A model generated the notes under the pieces. It searched no databases and was not told where the DNA came from. It worked only from the letters and a program-made list of their open reading frames with translations. Position numbers and translations under genes: made by a program. From the NCBI GenBank assembly GCA_017535635.1, contig JAFXTU010000024.1, positions 10,517 to 74,516 on the forward strand: DNA of 64,000 nt, given 5' to 3'. Shown here piece by piece: positions 45,323 through 55,553 of this stretch (positions within the stretch are counted from its first letter, which is position 1; the number at the start of each line of letters is the position of its first letter). The DNA comes from Oscillospiraceae bacterium. Lineage in GTDB: Bacteria > Bacillota > Clostridia > Oscillospirales > Oscillospiraceae.

Positions 45323-46720
45323 TCAGTTTTGTTCCGGCGCGGACAGGGGATGGGTCCCCCGCACGTTGCACCACTGGCGGATGGCGTCCACGATCAGCTC
45401 TGCGGCGTGCTCCGTTCCCAGCTGGCTGGAATCCACTCCCAGGTGGTAATACTCCTGCTTTCCGTAGTCGCGGCCGGTGAAGCGCTTGTAGTGGGAGCTT
45501 CTGGACAGGTCTGTATTCCGCATCTCCCGCTCGGCCTCCTCTCGGCTGAGACCGTATTTCGCCATCGTGCGGTGGATGCGCGCCGCCGGGATCGCATGGA
45601 TGAAGACCCGGAAGCAGTTGGGGTCGTCATACAGGATATAGTCCGCGCAGCGGCCCATGATCACGCAGCTCTCGCCTCCCGCCGCGATCCGGCGGATCAC
45701 CTCTGTCTGGGCCACGAAAAGCAGCTCCTCCGGACGCAGGCCTTCGCCCACCATTTCGTAAGCTCCGGCCCGGAAATCATAGACCAGCTCCCGTTCCATG
45801 TGCTTTTCCAGCTCCTCAATTTTCGTCAGGGAAAGCCCTCTTCTCTCCGATGCCAGGATGTTGAGCTGCTTGTCATAGAAGGTGATCCCCAGCTTTTTTG
45901 CCAGAAGCTGGCCGATCTCGTATCCTCCTGCGCCGTATTCCCGGCCGATGGTGATGATGATCCTGGGCTTGGCGGAGGCATCCGGCGCATATCCCTCGGT
46001 GGCCGCCCGTACAGCGCTCTCCACCCGGTCTTCCCGCTCCACAAAGCGGAGCAGGGGCTTCTGGCAGAGCTTCTGAAACTGCCGGATCACAAAGCCCACG
46101 GTCAGCGCACAGATGACCGTGCCCTCCCGAACGCCCTCCAGCCTTCGGAACCAGAGCAGGGAGACCGCCGCCGAGATCAGCACAAGAGAGCAGTCGAAGA
46201 CCGTCTTGGCGGAGCCGAGGGACAGGCCTGTTTTTTGGGAGATGGCCAGGCTCATGCCTTCTCCAGGCGTGGGCAGGAGCTTGGGAGAGAGATAGAGCAT
46301 CACGCCGAAGGCCACCAGGGGCACGCTGCATAGGAGGTAGATCAGCTGTACCGCGTAATTCGTCGGCGTGGGCAAAAAGGCCAGCAGAGCGGAGGCCAGA
46401 TTCACCAGCTGGCCGAAGAGCAGCGACGCCGCCAGCTGGAGCAGCATGCCCGGCTTGAAGTCCCGCCGGAGGATCAGAAGCTCCGTCAGGAGATACAGAC
46501 CGTATACCGCCGTGGTGCAATTTCCGAGGTTAACATAATCCGGAAAATGCTCCCGGAGGGCGATCTGATACAAGACGTTTCCCGGCGAGCCCACCGGGCT
46601 GACGCCCAGGGAAGACCTGGCGGAAAACACAACTCCCAGGGCCATGCAGAAGAGTCCGGCCAGGTAGACCAGGATCCGCCTTGTCCAGAGAGAAAGAAAA
46701 GCTCCGTCGATCCGCTTCAT
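45323..46720 (-). CDS. Fusion protein: polytopic membrane domain (YczE/DUF6198-like) + cytidylate-kinase-like (Cytidylate_kin2) domain
   Basis: 465 aa. Residues 1 to about 215 are hydrophobic (LVYLAGLFCMALGVVFSARSSLGVSP). The C-terminal half begins PRIIITIGREYGAGGYEIGQLLAKKLG, the signature of the cytidylate kinase-like family. Confidence 0.65.
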   Translation of the reverse strand: MKRIDGAFLSLWTRRILVYLAGLFCMALGVVFSARSSLGVSPVGSPGNVLYQIALREHFPDYVNLGNCTTAVYGLYLLTELLILRRDFKPGMLLQLAASLLFGQLVNLASALLAFLPTPTNYAVQLIYLLCSVPLVAFGVMLYLSPKLLPTPGEGMSLAISQKTGLSLGSAKTVFDCSLVLISAAVSLLWFRRLEGVREGTVICALTVGFVIRQFQKLCQKPLLRFVEREDRVESAVRAATEGYAPDASAKPRIIITIGREYGAGGYEIGQLLAKKLGITFYDKQLNILASERRGLSLTKIEELEKHMERELVYDFRAGAYEMVGEGLRPEELLFVAQTEVIRRIAAGGESCVIMGRCADYILYDDPNCFRVFIHAIPAARIHRTMAKYGLSREEAEREMRNTDLSRSSHYKRFTGRDYGKQEYYHLGVDSSQLGTEHAAELIVDAIRQWCNVRGTHPLSAPEQN

Positions 46721-46794
46721 GAGTCCCCTCCCATCCGATCTGCTTTACCGATTATACAGTTCCGGGAGAAACTCGTCAATTACCCGCTCTTCGG

Positions 46795-47583
46795 CTAAAG
46801 GTCGGGGGAGACGGCCAGGATCCCCTCCTTCATGCTCTTCACGTAGGCTCCGATCTCCTCCGGGGCCTCCCGTCCGTACTTCTCCAGCAGCTTCACCACG
46901 GCGGAGCCCACGATGGCCCCGTCGGAAATGGCTGCCATTTTTCCCGCCTGCTCCGGCGTGGAGATGCCGAAGCCGATGGCGCAGGGGATGCTCGTGTTCT
47001 CCCGGACGACCTTCACGATGGAGCTGAGGTCCGTCGCGATCTCACTGCGTGTTCCCGTGACCCCCAGGCTGGAAACGATGTAGAGGAAGCCCTCCGCCTC
47101 CCCGGCGATCATGGCAATGCGGTTCGCGGAGGTGGGGGCGATCATGGAGATCAGGTCTACGCCGTACTCCCGGCAGAGGGGCTGGAATTCCTCCTTTTCC
47201 TCATAGGGAAGATCGGGCAGGATGAGCCCGTCGATCTCCATGTCCCGGCAGGCGGAGATGAAGCGCTCCGCGCCGTAGGAGTAGACCACGTTGGCGTAGG
47301 TCATGAACACCATGGGGATCCTCACGTCCCGGCGCAGCTCCCGGACAAAGCCGAAGATCTTGTCCGTGGTGACGCCGCCCCGGAGAGCCCGGAGGTTGGC
47401 CCCCTGGATCACCGGCCCCTCCGCCGTGGGGTCCGAGAAGGGGATGCCCAGCTCGATGAGGTCCGCGCCGTTTGCCGCCGCGGCCCGGACGGCGGCGGCG
47501 GTGGTCTCCAGGTCCGGGTCGCCGCAGGTGAGAAAGACGATGAATGCCTTTCCATGGTCAAATGCGTTTTGAATCTTACTCAT
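46795..47583 (-). CDS. trpA: Tryptophan synthase alpha chain
   Basis: Start ATG 47583 ([23 protein letters not shown]). It overlaps the trpB end by 8 nt. Confidence 0.95.
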   Translation of the reverse strand: MSKIQNAFDHGKAFIVFLTCGDPDLETTAAAVRAAAANGADLIELGIPFSDPTAEGPVIQGANLRALRGGVTTDKIFGFVRELRRDVRIPMVFMTYANVVYSYGAERFISACRDMEIDGLILPDLPYEEKEEFQPLCREYGVDLISMIAPTSANRIAMIAGEAEGFLYIVSSLGVTGTRSEIATDLSSIVKVVRENTSIPCAIGFGISTPEQAGKMAAISDGAIVGSAVVKLLEKYGREAPEEIGAYVKSMKEGILAVSPDL

Positions 47584-48760
47584 GGATATCCTCCCCTCTG
47601 TAGCGGGCGATGGCCGCGCAGTCCTTGTCTCCCCGGCCGGAGACGGTGATGACCATGATCCGGTCCTTGTCCATGGTGGGGGCCAGCTTCCTGGCGTAGG
47701 CCACGGCGTGGGCCGATTCGATGGCGGGGATGATCCCCTCGGTCCGGGCCAGGTACTCAAAGGCCTCCACCGCCTCCTCGTCGGTCACGGGGACATATTC
47801 TGCCCGTCCGATGTCGTGGAGATGGGCGTGTTCCGGCCCCACGCCGGGGTAATCCAGGCCCGCCGAGATGGAGTAGACCGGGGCGATCTGCCCGTACTCA
47901 TCCTGGCAGAAATAGGACTTCATGCCGTGGAAGATGCCCAGCTTCCCCGTGGCGATGGTGGCCGCTGTCTCAAAGGTGTCCACGCCCCGCCCGGCGGCCT
48001 CGCAGCCGATGAGCCGGACCTCCTTGTCCTCGATGAAATGGTAGAAGCTGCCGATGGCGTTGGAGCCTCCCCCCACGCAAGCGATCACCGCGTCGGGAAG
48101 CCGCCCTTCCTTTTCCAGCAGCTGGGCCTTGATCTCCCGGGAGATCACCGCCTGGAAATCCCGCACGATGGTGGGGAAGGGGTGGGGCCCCATGACGGAG
48201 CCCAGGCAGTAGTGGGTGTCGGCGATCCGGGAGGTCCACTCCCGCATGGCCTCGGACACGGCGTCCTTGAGGGTGGCGGTGCCGGTCTTCACCGGGACGA
48301 CCTCCGCCCCCAGGAGGCGCATGCGGTAGACGTTCAGGGCCTGGCGCACCGTGTCCTCCTCGCCCATGAACACCACGCACTCCATGTCCATCAGCGCCGC
48401 CGCCGTGGCCGTGGCCACGCCGTGCTGTCCCGCGCCGGTCTCCGCAATCAGCCGGGTCTTTCCCATCTTCTTTGCCAGCAGCGCCTGCCCCAGCACGTTG
48501 TTGATCTTGTGGGCCCCGGTGTGGTTCAGGTCCTCCCGTTTCAGGTAGATCTTCGCGCCCCCCAGGTCCCGGGTCATTTTTTCGGCGTAGTAGAGCCGGG
48601 AGGGCCTTCCCGCGTATTCGTTCAGGAGCTCGGTCAGCTCCCGCTGAAAATCCGGATCGTTTTTAAACCGGTCGTAGGCTTCCTCCAGCTCGATCACCGC
48701 GTTCATCAGCGTCTCAGGGATGTACTGCCCACCGTGGATGCCAAAACGTCCCTTGCTCAT
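47576..48760 (-). CDS. trpB: Tryptophan synthase beta chain
   Basis: Start ATG 48760 ([18 protein letters not shown]). [12 protein letters not shown]-lysine block. Confidence 0.95.
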   Translation of the reverse strand: MSKGRFGIHGGQYIPETLMNAVIELEEAYDRFKNDPDFQRELTELLNEYAGRPSRLYYAEKMTRDLGGAKIYLKREDLNHTGAHKINNVLGQALLAKKMGKTRLIAETGAGQHGVATATAAALMDMECVVFMGEEDTVRQALNVYRMRLLGAEVVPVKTGTATLKDAVSEAMREWTSRIADTHYCLGSVMGPHPFPTIVRDFQAVISREIKAQLLEKEGRLPDAVIACVGGGSNAIGSFYHFIEDKEVRLIGCEAAGRGVDTFETAATIATGKLGIFHGMKSYFCQDEYGQIAPVYSISAGLDYPGVGPEHAHLHDIGRAEYVPVTDEEAVEAFEYLARTEGIIPAIESAHAVAYARKLAPTMDKDRIMVITVSGRGDKDCAAIARYRGEDIHE

Positions 48761-49377
48761 GGATTCCCTTCTTTCTTCTTCCCATGCGCCGCCAATACAG
48801 CGGCGCGTATTTTTTCCCTGTCCTTGACTCCGTCCGTCTCCACGCCGGAGGAGATGTCCAGGAGCTTCGGCCGGAGCTCCCGGATCGCCTGGGGGATGTT
48901 CTCCGGCGTCAATCCCCCGGCCAGGAGGAACGGGCGATGAAGGCCCGCTGCCAGGGACCAGTCGAAGGCTTCTCCGGTCCCGTATCCGTTGTCCAGCAGG
49001 ATCTCGTCGGCGCTGCTCGCCTCCGCCCTGGACAGGTCCTCGCAGCTTCGCACCCGGAAGGCCTTCCAGATGGGCCTGCCCCAGAGCTTCCGCAGAGCGG
49101 CGATGTACTCCGCGTCCTCCTGCCCGTGGAGCTGGATCACATTCAGGCCGACCAGCTCCGAAACGCGGCACACCTCCTCAACGGTTTCGTTGACGAATAC
49201 CCCCACCGCTTTGATCTCCGGCCTCAGACGCCGCTGCAGCTCTCCTGCCCGCGCCGGGGAAAGGTTTCGGCGGCTCGGGGGATAGTTCAGGATAAACCCG
49301 GCGTAATCCGGCCCGGCTTCGTTCACATAGTCAATGTCCCGGTCCCGGAAAAGACCGCAGATCTTGATCTCCGTCAT
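48757..49377 (-). CDS. trpF: Phosphoribosylanthranilate isomerase
   Basis: 206 aa, N-terminus [13 protein letters not shown] overlap with trpB. Confidence 0.9.
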   Translation of the reverse strand: MTEIKICGLFRDRDIDYVNEAGPDYAGFILNYPPSRRNLSPARAGELQRRLRPEIKAVGVFVNETVEEVCRVSELVGLNVIQLHGQEDAEYIAALRKLWGRPIWKAFRVRSCEDLSRAEASSADEILLDNGYGTGEAFDWSLAAGLHRPFLLAGGLTPENIPQAIRELRPKLLDISSGVETDGVKDREKIRAAVLAAHGKKKEGNP

Positions 49378-50159
49378 CCCGCCGCCTCCCGCAGGGCTGC
49401 GAGCGCCGCGACCTTGTCCGCTGCGCGCATCAGCGCTTCACCCAAGAGGATGGCGTCCGCTCCGATGGCCCGGAGGGCAGAGGCGTCTTCCGTTGTCTTT
49501 ACACCGCTCTCCGCCACGTAGAGCCGGTCCGGCGGGATCCGCTCCCGCAGACGGGCGGCGTTGGAGAAATCCACGGAGAAGTCCTTCAGGTTCCGGTTGT
49601 TGACCCCGATCATCCTGGACCCGGCGCTGACGGCGGAAGCGATTTCCCCTTCGTCGTGGGCCTCTGCCAGAGCCGCCAGGCCCAGGGACTCGCAGATGTC
49701 CAGATACCGGGAAATGGTCTCCGTGTCCAGCAGGGCGCAGATCAGGAGCACGCAGTCCGCCCCCATGACCTTTGCCTGGCGGAGCTGGTATTCGTCCACC
49801 ACGAAGTCCTTCCGCAGCATGGGCGTACGGATCGCGGTCCGTATTTCCCGGAAAATGGCATCCGAGCCCAGGAACCACTTGGGCTCCGTGAGACAGGAGA
49901 CAGCCTCCGCCCCGGCTTCCTCGTAGGCCCGGGCGATGGAGAGGTAATCGAACACCGGATCAATGACCCCTTTGGAGGGAGAGGCCTTTTTCACCTCGCA
50001 GATAAAGCTCATCCCTGGCTTCGCCACGGCGGCATAAAAGGCCCTGCCGTTTCCGACACCTTCCTCCGCCAGGGCTTTCATCTCTTCCGGGGGAATGATC
50101 TCTTTGTCCGCCGCCACCCGTTGCCGAGCGTGGGCGGCGATGGTCTCCAGGATCGTCAT
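49374..50159 (-). CDS. trpC: Indole-3-glycerol phosphate synthase
   Basis: 261 aa. Has [13 protein letters not shown] and IGVNNRNL blocks. Overlaps trpF by 4 nt. Confidence 0.9.
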   Translation of the reverse strand: MTILETIAAHARQRVAADKEIIPPEEMKALAEEGVGNGRAFYAAVAKPGMSFICEVKKASPSKGVIDPVFDYLSIARAYEEAGAEAVSCLTEPKWFLGSDAIFREIRTAIRTPMLRKDFVVDEYQLRQAKVMGADCVLLICALLDTETISRYLDICESLGLAALAEAHDEGEIASAVSAGSRMIGVNNRNLKDFSVDFSNAARLRERIPPDRLYVAESGVKTTEDASALRAIGADAILLGEALMRAADKVAALAALREAAG

Positions 50160-51187
50160 GCTTCCGCCTCGGGCCGGTTGCTCACTTCAATGAGCTGTTC
50201 CAGGACCTTCAGAGCCTTGCCGGAGTCGATGAGCTCTCCCGCCAGGGCGATGCCCTCCCGCATGCTTTTGGCCTTCCCGCCGATGTAGAGGGAGGCCCCG
50301 GCATTCATCAGCACCGCGTCCCGCTTGTGACCCGGCTCCCCGTTCAGGATGGCCAGGGTGATCCTGGCGTTTTCCGCGGGGGAGGCGCCTTTCAGATCCT
50401 CCTTCGCGCAGCGCTCCAGGCCGAACTCCTCCGGGGTGATGACCCGGGAGCGGAACCAGCCGTCCCGGATCTCACAGACGGTGGTGGGGGCGCTGACGGA
50501 GATCTCATCCAGCTTGTCCTGACCGTAGACCACCATGCCCCGCTTGACCCCCAGGCTCACCAGCACCTGGGCCAGGGGCTCCACCAGATAGTCGTCATAC
50601 ACGCCCAGGAGCTGCATGCTGGGTTTTCCCGGATTGGTGAGAGGGCCCAGGATGTTGAAGACCGTGCGGAAGCCCAGCTCCTTGCGGATGGGGCCCACGT
50701 AGCGCATGGAACTGTGGTACTTCTGGGCAAAGAAGAAGCACATGCCCACCTCGTTCAGAAGCTCCACGCACCTGGCGGGACTCTGCTGGATGTTCACCCC
50801 CAGGGCCTCCAGACAGTCGGCGGTGCCGCACTGGGAGGAGGCTGCCCGGTTCCCATGCTTGGCGACCTTCATGCCCCCCGCCGCCGCCACCAGGGCGGAG
50901 GTGGTGGAGATGTTGAAGCTCTGGGCGTTGTCCCCGCCGGTGCCCACGATCTCGAAGAGCTCCATCCCCGTCTCCACGGTGGTGGCGTGGGAGCGCATGG
51001 CCTCCGCGCAGCCGGCGATCTCGTCCGTGGTCTCGGCCCGTGCGCTTTTGGTGGAAAGGGCGGCCAGAAAGGCGGCGTTCTGGGTGGCGCTGGTCTCGCC
51101 GCTCATGATCTCGTTCATGACGGTGTAGGCCTCGTCGTAAGTGAGGTCACCTTTATTCACAAGCTTTACAATGGCTTCCCGGATCAT
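50156..51187 (-). CDS. trpD: Anthranilate phosphoribosyltransferase
   Basis: 343 aa. Has [17 protein letters not shown] and KHGNRA blocks. Confidence 0.95.
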   Translation of the reverse strand: MIREAIVKLVNKGDLTYDEAYTVMNEIMSGETSATQNAAFLAALSTKSARAETTDEIAGCAEAMRSHATTVETGMELFEIVGTGGDNAQSFNISTTSALVAAAGGMKVAKHGNRAASSQCGTADCLEALGVNIQQSPARCVELLNEVGMCFFFAQKYHSSMRYVGPIRKELGFRTVFNILGPLTNPGKPSMQLLGVYDDYLVEPLAQVLVSLGVKRGMVVYGQDKLDEISVSAPTTVCEIRDGWFRSRVITPEEFGLERCAKEDLKGASPAENARITLAILNGEPGHKRDAVLMNAGASLYIGGKAKSMREGIALAGELIDSGKALKVLEQLIEVSNRPEAEA

Positions 51188-51190
51188 GGT

Positions 51191-51760
51191 TCAAATCTCC
51201 TTTACAAAGTTTCTGAGAATGGTGGTCCCGACGGGGGTCAGAATGGATTCCGGGTGGAATTGGAGGCCGAAGATGGGATACTCCCGATGCTCCACGGCCA
51301 TGACCTCGCCGTCGGAAGTGCGGGCGGTGATCTTGAGCTCCTGTGGAATGGTGTTCGGGTCCGCCGCCAGGGAGTGATATCGGCCCACCATAGCCCTCTC
51401 CGGGCAGCCCCGGAAGAGGGGAGAGGCGGTGTCCAGCGCTGCCTCGGACTGCTTTCCGTGCATCAGCTGCCTTGCGTAGGTGACGGTGGCCCCGAAGGCG
51501 AGGCAGATGGCCTGGTGGCCCAGGCAGACTCCCAGCAGCGGGATCTCCCGCCCCAGGGTCCGTGCGGCCTCTACGATGATCCCGGCGTTTTCCGGCCTGC
51601 CGGGGCCGGGGGAGAGGATGATCCGCTCCGGCCTCAGCGCCCGGATCTCCTCCACGGTCATCTCGTCGTTGCGGATGACCCGGATGTCCGGATGGATAGC
51701 CCCCACCAGCTGGTAGAGGTTATAGGAAAAACTGTCAAAATTGTCGATCAGCAGGATCAT
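51191..51760 (-). CDS. trpG: Anthranilate synthase component II (glutamine amidotransferase)
   Basis: 189 aa. Has MILLIDNFDSFSYNL, GVCLGHQ (catalytic Cys) and FHPES blocks. Confidence 0.95.
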   Translation of the reverse strand: MILLIDNFDSFSYNLYQLVGAIHPDIRVIRNDEMTVEEIRALRPERIILSPGPGRPENAGIIVEAARTLGREIPLLGVCLGHQAICLAFGATVTYARQLMHGKQSEAALDTASPLFRGCPERAMVGRYHSLAADPNTIPQELKITARTSDGEVMAVEHREYPIFGLQFHPESILTPVGTTILRNFVKEI

Positions 51761-53235
51761 AGCTCCTCCTCCTGAGCCAGCTCCAGGGCCTTCAGGGAGG
51801 CCCTGGCCTTGTTCAGGCTCTCCTCATACTCCGTTTCCGGCACGGAATCCGCCACGATCCCGGCGCCGCTGCGCACAAAGACCTTGCCGTTTTTCTTGTA
51901 GGCGAGGCGGATGGCGATGCAGGTGTCCATGTTGCCGGTAAAGTCGATGTAGCCGATGGCGCCGCCGTAGATGCCCCGCTTGTTGTTCTCCAGCTCTCCG
52001 ATGAGCTGGCAGGCCCGGATCTTGGGGGCCCCGGACAGGGTTCCCGCCGGGAGCACCGCTTCGATGGCGCTGAGGGCGTCGCAGTCCTCCCGGATCTCCC
52101 CCCGCACCGTGGAGCCGATGTGCATCACGTGGGAAAAACGCTCGACGGAGTGGAGCTTTTCCACCTGCACCGTGCCGAATCTGCTGATCTTTCCCAGGTC
52201 GTTCCGGCCCAGGTCCACCAGCATATCGTGCTCCGCCAGTTCCTTCTCGTCGGCCAGGAGCCCCGCTTCCAGCGCCCGGTCCTCTTCCTCCGTCTTTCCT
52301 CTGGGACGGGTCCCGGCCAGGGGGAAGGTGTGGAGGATGCCGTCCTCCAGCTTTACCAGGGTCTCCGGGGAGGCTCCCGCCACCTCTACGTCCGTGCCGG
52401 AAAAGTAGAACATGTAGGGGGAGGGGTTAATGGTCCGCAGCACCCGGTAGGTGTTCAGCAGGCTTCCCTCGAAGGGGGCGCTCAGGCGGTTGGACAGGAC
52501 GATCTGGAAGATGTCCCCCTCCCGGATGTAATGCTTTGCCTTTTCCACCATGGCGCAGAACTGCTCTTTGTCGAAAAGGGGCGTGACCTCTCCCAGCAGC
52601 TTTCCGCCGGGCTCCTGCTTCTTGACCCCGTGGCGCAGAAGGTCGATGAACTGACGCAGCTCCCATACGGCCTTGTTGTAGCCCGTCTCCGGCTCGTCCA
52701 GGGGCATGTTCACGATGAGGACGATCTTCTGGCGAATGTTGTCGAAAGCGATCACCTTGTCGAAGAGCATCAGGTCCACGTCCTTGAAGCCCTCCGTGTC
52801 CTGGGCATTCGTGCGGGCGCTGGGCTCACTGTAGCCCAGGAAGTCGAAGGAGAAGTAGCCCACCAGGCCCCCGGTGAAGGGGGGCAGGTAGTCAAAGCGC
52901 GGGCTGCGGTACTTTGAGAGGACCGCCCGCAGGTACTCCGAGGGGTCGCCAGTGACGTATTTCTGCTTCCCGGCGTCCAGGACGCCGTTCATGGTCCCGC
53001 CGATGCAGGTGATGGCCTGTGTGGGATCGAAGCCCAGAAAGGTGTACCGGCCCCATTTTTCGTCGGCGGAAGCGGATTCCAGCATATAACAGTGCTTGGA
53101 TACGTTTTTCAGGATCTTCATGGTCTCGATGGGCGTGGTGAAGTCGGACAGGATCTCGCAGCTTACCGGCAGTACGTCGTACTTGCCGGAGGCCGCCAAT
53201 TCCCGGACCTCTTCCAGCGTGGGGGAAACGGTCAT
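51757..53235 (-). CDS. trpE: Anthranilate synthase component I
   Basis: Start ATG 53235 (MTVSPTLEEV) behind GAGGAGG. Has the chorismate-binding C-terminal block GGAIGYIDFTGNMDTCIAIR. Confidence 0.95.
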   Translation of the reverse strand: MTVSPTLEEVRELAASGKYDVLPVSCEILSDFTTPIETMKILKNVSKHCYMLESASADEKWGRYTFLGFDPTQAITCIGGTMNGVLDAGKQKYVTGDPSEYLRAVLSKYRSPRFDYLPPFTGGLVGYFSFDFLGYSEPSARTNAQDTEGFKDVDLMLFDKVIAFDNIRQKIVLIVNMPLDEPETGYNKAVWELRQFIDLLRHGVKKQEPGGKLLGEVTPLFDKEQFCAMVEKAKHYIREGDIFQIVLSNRLSAPFEGSLLNTYRVLRTINPSPYMFYFSGTDVEVAGASPETLVKLEDGILHTFPLAGTRPRGKTEEEDRALEAGLLADEKELAEHDMLVDLGRNDLGKISRFGTVQVEKLHSVERFSHVMHIGSTVRGEIREDCDALSAIEAVLPAGTLSGAPKIRACQLIGELENNKRGIYGGAIGYIDFTGNMDTCIAIRLAYKKNGKVFVRSGAGIVADSVPETEYEESLNKARASLKALELAQEEEL

Positions 53236-53261
53236 TTTCTCAACCTCCTCAGCGAAGAAGT

Positions 53262-53550
53262 GCCTCCTGCTTTCCGCCGGGGAAAAGAAAAACGCCCCGG
53301 ACAGAAAGACCCTTTCTGTCAAGGACGAATAATCACTATCCGCGGTGCCACCTTGATTCACGGAATGACCCGTGCGCTTAGCGGGATACCATCATATCCC
53401 CGGCAAATGACGCCTGCCTGCAGCGTCGCAGCTTTCACTGCGCCCTCCGCGGTCCATTTGACAGTTTGTTTCCCACCCGGCTCTCAGCTGCCCGGGCTCT
53501 CTGTAGGGGCATCGCTGCCTTTACTTCCGCTTCAACGGTTTGATGATTTA
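53262..53550 (-). promoter_or_regulatory. T-box leader (tRNA-Trp sensing) with terminator/antiterminator, controls trpEGDCFBA
   Basis: Read on the minus strand. AGAGA box and GCTGAGAG lie in stem I. Specifier UGG (53456-53454) is followed by A. T-box sequence is AATCAAGGTGGCACCGCGG (53358-53340). Terminator is GACAGAAAG-GGT-CTTTCTGTC (53320-53300) followed by CGGGGCGTTTTTCTTTT. Confidence 0.85.
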
Positions 53551-53561
53551 ATTTGAGTTGT

Positions 53562-53590
53562 ATTCTAGGCCGGAAAACGGCGCTTGTCAA
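53562..53590 (-). promoter_or_regulatory. Promoter of the trp T-box leader
   Basis: Minus strand TTGACA (53590-53585), 17-nt spacer, TAGAAT (53567-53562). Confidence 0.6.
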
Positions 53591-53657
53591 TAGGGAAAAC
53601 GCCGGAACAGCGCAGAAACCGTCATAGTTTTCAGAAGATGGCAAGAGCAGTTTCCAA

Positions 53658-54242
53658 TTACTGGTAGGTTCGGATGATGTTTTCCGCGATCTGCCGCTTC
53701 CCCAGACGCTGTTCCATGGCCTGGTGGGTGATGTAGCGGTGGGCCTCCGGCTCCGTCATATGCAGGCACTCGATGAGCAGCCACTTGGCCCGGTTGATAA
53801 GGCGGATCTCCTCGATCCGCTCCTCCACCGTGTCCTGGTGCCGCCGCAGGGAACGCAGCCGCTCCCGCATGGCGCAGAGGGCCCGTAGGTTCTGGGAGAT
53901 CATGGGCAGGTTCGTGGGTTTGGAGAGAAGGATGACGCCGGAGGGCAGTACCCGGTAATAGGTCTCGTCATACAGTTCGCTCTTGATGAGGAGCAGGACG
54001 CCCGCGTCCGTCTCCGCGCAGGCCTCCATGGCGAACTCCACCCCGATGTCGTCCGGAAGGGGGGAGTTGATGGCGATAAGGTCAAAAGAGCCGTTCACCA
54101 GTCTCCGCCGAGCCTCGCTCACGCTGCCCACCGTGGTGATCGGCCAGAAGTCGGTGCCCGGAAGGAGGGAGAGGGCCGTCGTATTGAACTTTTCGGATGC
54201 GGAAACCAGCAGGACGCTGTAGGTATCTGTCTGAAAAACCGT
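53658..54242 (-). CDS. ANTAR-domain RNA-binding regulator with receiver-like N-terminal domain; start codon unresolved
   Basis: C-terminal ANTAR block is EERIEEIRLINRAKWLLIECLHMTEPEAHRYITHQAMEQRLGKRQIAENII. The receiver-like part extends upstream of the first canonical start (GTG 54131). ACG 54242 lies 8 nt after GGAGG (54255-54251). The minimal CDS is 53658..54131. Confidence 0.7.
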   Translation of the reverse strand, partial: TVFQTDTYSVLLVSASEKFNTTALSLLPGTDFWPITTVGSVSEARRRLVNGSFDLIAINSPLPDDIGVEFAMEACAETDAGVLLLIKSELYDETYYRVLPSGVILLSKPTNLPMISQNLRALCAMRERLRSLRRHQDTVEERIEEIRLINRAKWLLIECLHMTEPEAHRYITHQAMEQRLGKRQIAENIIRTYQ

Positions 54243-54291
54243 GACGCTCTCCTCCTTTCGGGATGATCTGGGGCAGCATAAAGAGCAGTAT

Positions 54292-55503
54292 TCAGCTTGC
54301 GGAATAGCCTTTCAGGATCTGCGCCGGGACGTTTTCCCGGATGAACTCGCTGCCCAGGGCGGCGGAGGCCGCCTCCGTCAGCGTGGCGGGGAGGCGCCGG
54401 AGCCGCTTCGGCGTCTCCGCGTCTGCCCGCTGGAGGTTCAGCCTTGCGGGCAGGTCCAGGGCCAGACCCTTGCCGATGCCCTCCAGGCAGGCCTGGATGA
54501 TCAGATGGAAGGCCAGATAGGGATTCGCGCTGGAATCGGGGGAGCGGAGCTCCAGCCGCCGGAATTCCCCATCCGCCGCCGGCAGACGCACCAGCTGCGA
54601 GCGGTTCTCCTCCGACCAGGAGATGTAGGCCGGGGCCTTGTCCCGGCCCAGGCGGGCGTAGGAGTCCTCCGCAGGGTTCAGGAAGAGGGTCATCTCCCGG
54701 ATCCGGTTCAGGAGTCCGGGCAGCAGGTCCAGGGGCGGCAGCTCCTGTCCCCGGCAGAGGGCGGAAATGTTGATGTGCATCCCGTTCCCGTCGTGCTCCG
54801 GCAGAGGCCGGGGGGAGAAGTCCGCCCAAAGGCCGTTCTGCGCCGCGATGGCCTTGACGACGCTGCGGAAGAGAATGGCGTTGTCCGCCGCAGAGACCGG
54901 GTCGGCGTAGCGGAAGTCGATCTCGTTTTGCCCCGGTCCGCTCTCATGGTGGGAGCTCTCCGGCAGGATGCCCATTCGTTCCAGAGTGAGGCAGATGTCC
55001 CGCCGCACGTTTTCTCCCTTGTCCTCCGGGGCCACGTCCATGTATCCGGCCCGGTCAAAGGGCTCCCGGGTGGGCTCCCCCCGCTCGTCCTGCTTGAAGA
55101 GGTAGAATTCCATCTCCGTGCCGAAGCGGAACTCGTAGCCTTCCTCGGCGGCCCGCTCCGCTGCCCGCCGCAGGAGCTGACGGGTGTCCGCCTCAAAGGG
55201 AGTCCCGTCGGGGTGGACGATGTCACAGAACATATGGGCCACCCGCCCGTGCTGGGGCCGCCAGGGCAGTTCCTTCAGCGTGGAGGCGTTGGGCCGCAGG
55301 AAGAGATCGGAGCGCACGTCCATGCCGAAGCCCCGGACGGCGGAAGCGTCAAAGGCGATGCCGTGGGCGAAAGCCCGGGGCAGCTCCCGGGCCATAATGG
55401 CTACGTTGCGCTGCTTCCCGTAAATGTCGCAGAAAGCCATGCGGACGAATTTGACGTCCGCCTCCTGTACATACTGGATCACTTCATCCGGCGTGTAATT
55501 CAT
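54292..55503 (-). CDS. glnA: Glutamine synthetase (type I family, short 403-aa form)
   Basis: Has HHESGPGQNEIDF, NGNGMHINIS, NRSQLVRLP and ELRSPDSSANPYLA blocks. It lacks about 35-40 C-terminal residues relative to my recollection of Bacillus GlnA. Confidence 0.85.
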   Translation of the reverse strand: MNYTPDEVIQYVQEADVKFVRMAFCDIYGKQRNVAIMARELPRAFAHGIAFDASAVRGFGMDVRSDLFLRPNASTLKELPWRPQHGRVAHMFCDIVHPDGTPFEADTRQLLRRAAERAAEEGYEFRFGTEMEFYLFKQDERGEPTREPFDRAGYMDVAPEDKGENVRRDICLTLERMGILPESSHHESGPGQNEIDFRYADPVSAADNAILFRSVVKAIAAQNGLWADFSPRPLPEHDGNGMHINISALCRGQELPPLDLLPGLLNRIREMTLFLNPAEDSYARLGRDKAPAYISWSEENRSQLVRLPAADGEFRRLELRSPDSSANPYLAFHLIIQACLEGIGKGLALDLPARLNLQRADAETPKRLRRLPATLTEAASAALGSEFIRENVPAQILKGYSAS

Positions 55504-55553
55504 CGCTGCTTCGCTCCCTTTTCTGGTATGACGCGGTGGGGATCATGCTCCGT

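Noticed and set aside
54082-54279. ATG-initiated 65-aa ORF as an alternative N-terminus (frameshift) for the ANTAR regulator
   Set aside because: It is in a different frame. Its translation (MLPQIIPKGGERHGF...) has no receiver-like features. The ANTAR frame itself reads as a plausible receiver N-terminus right after a strong SD.
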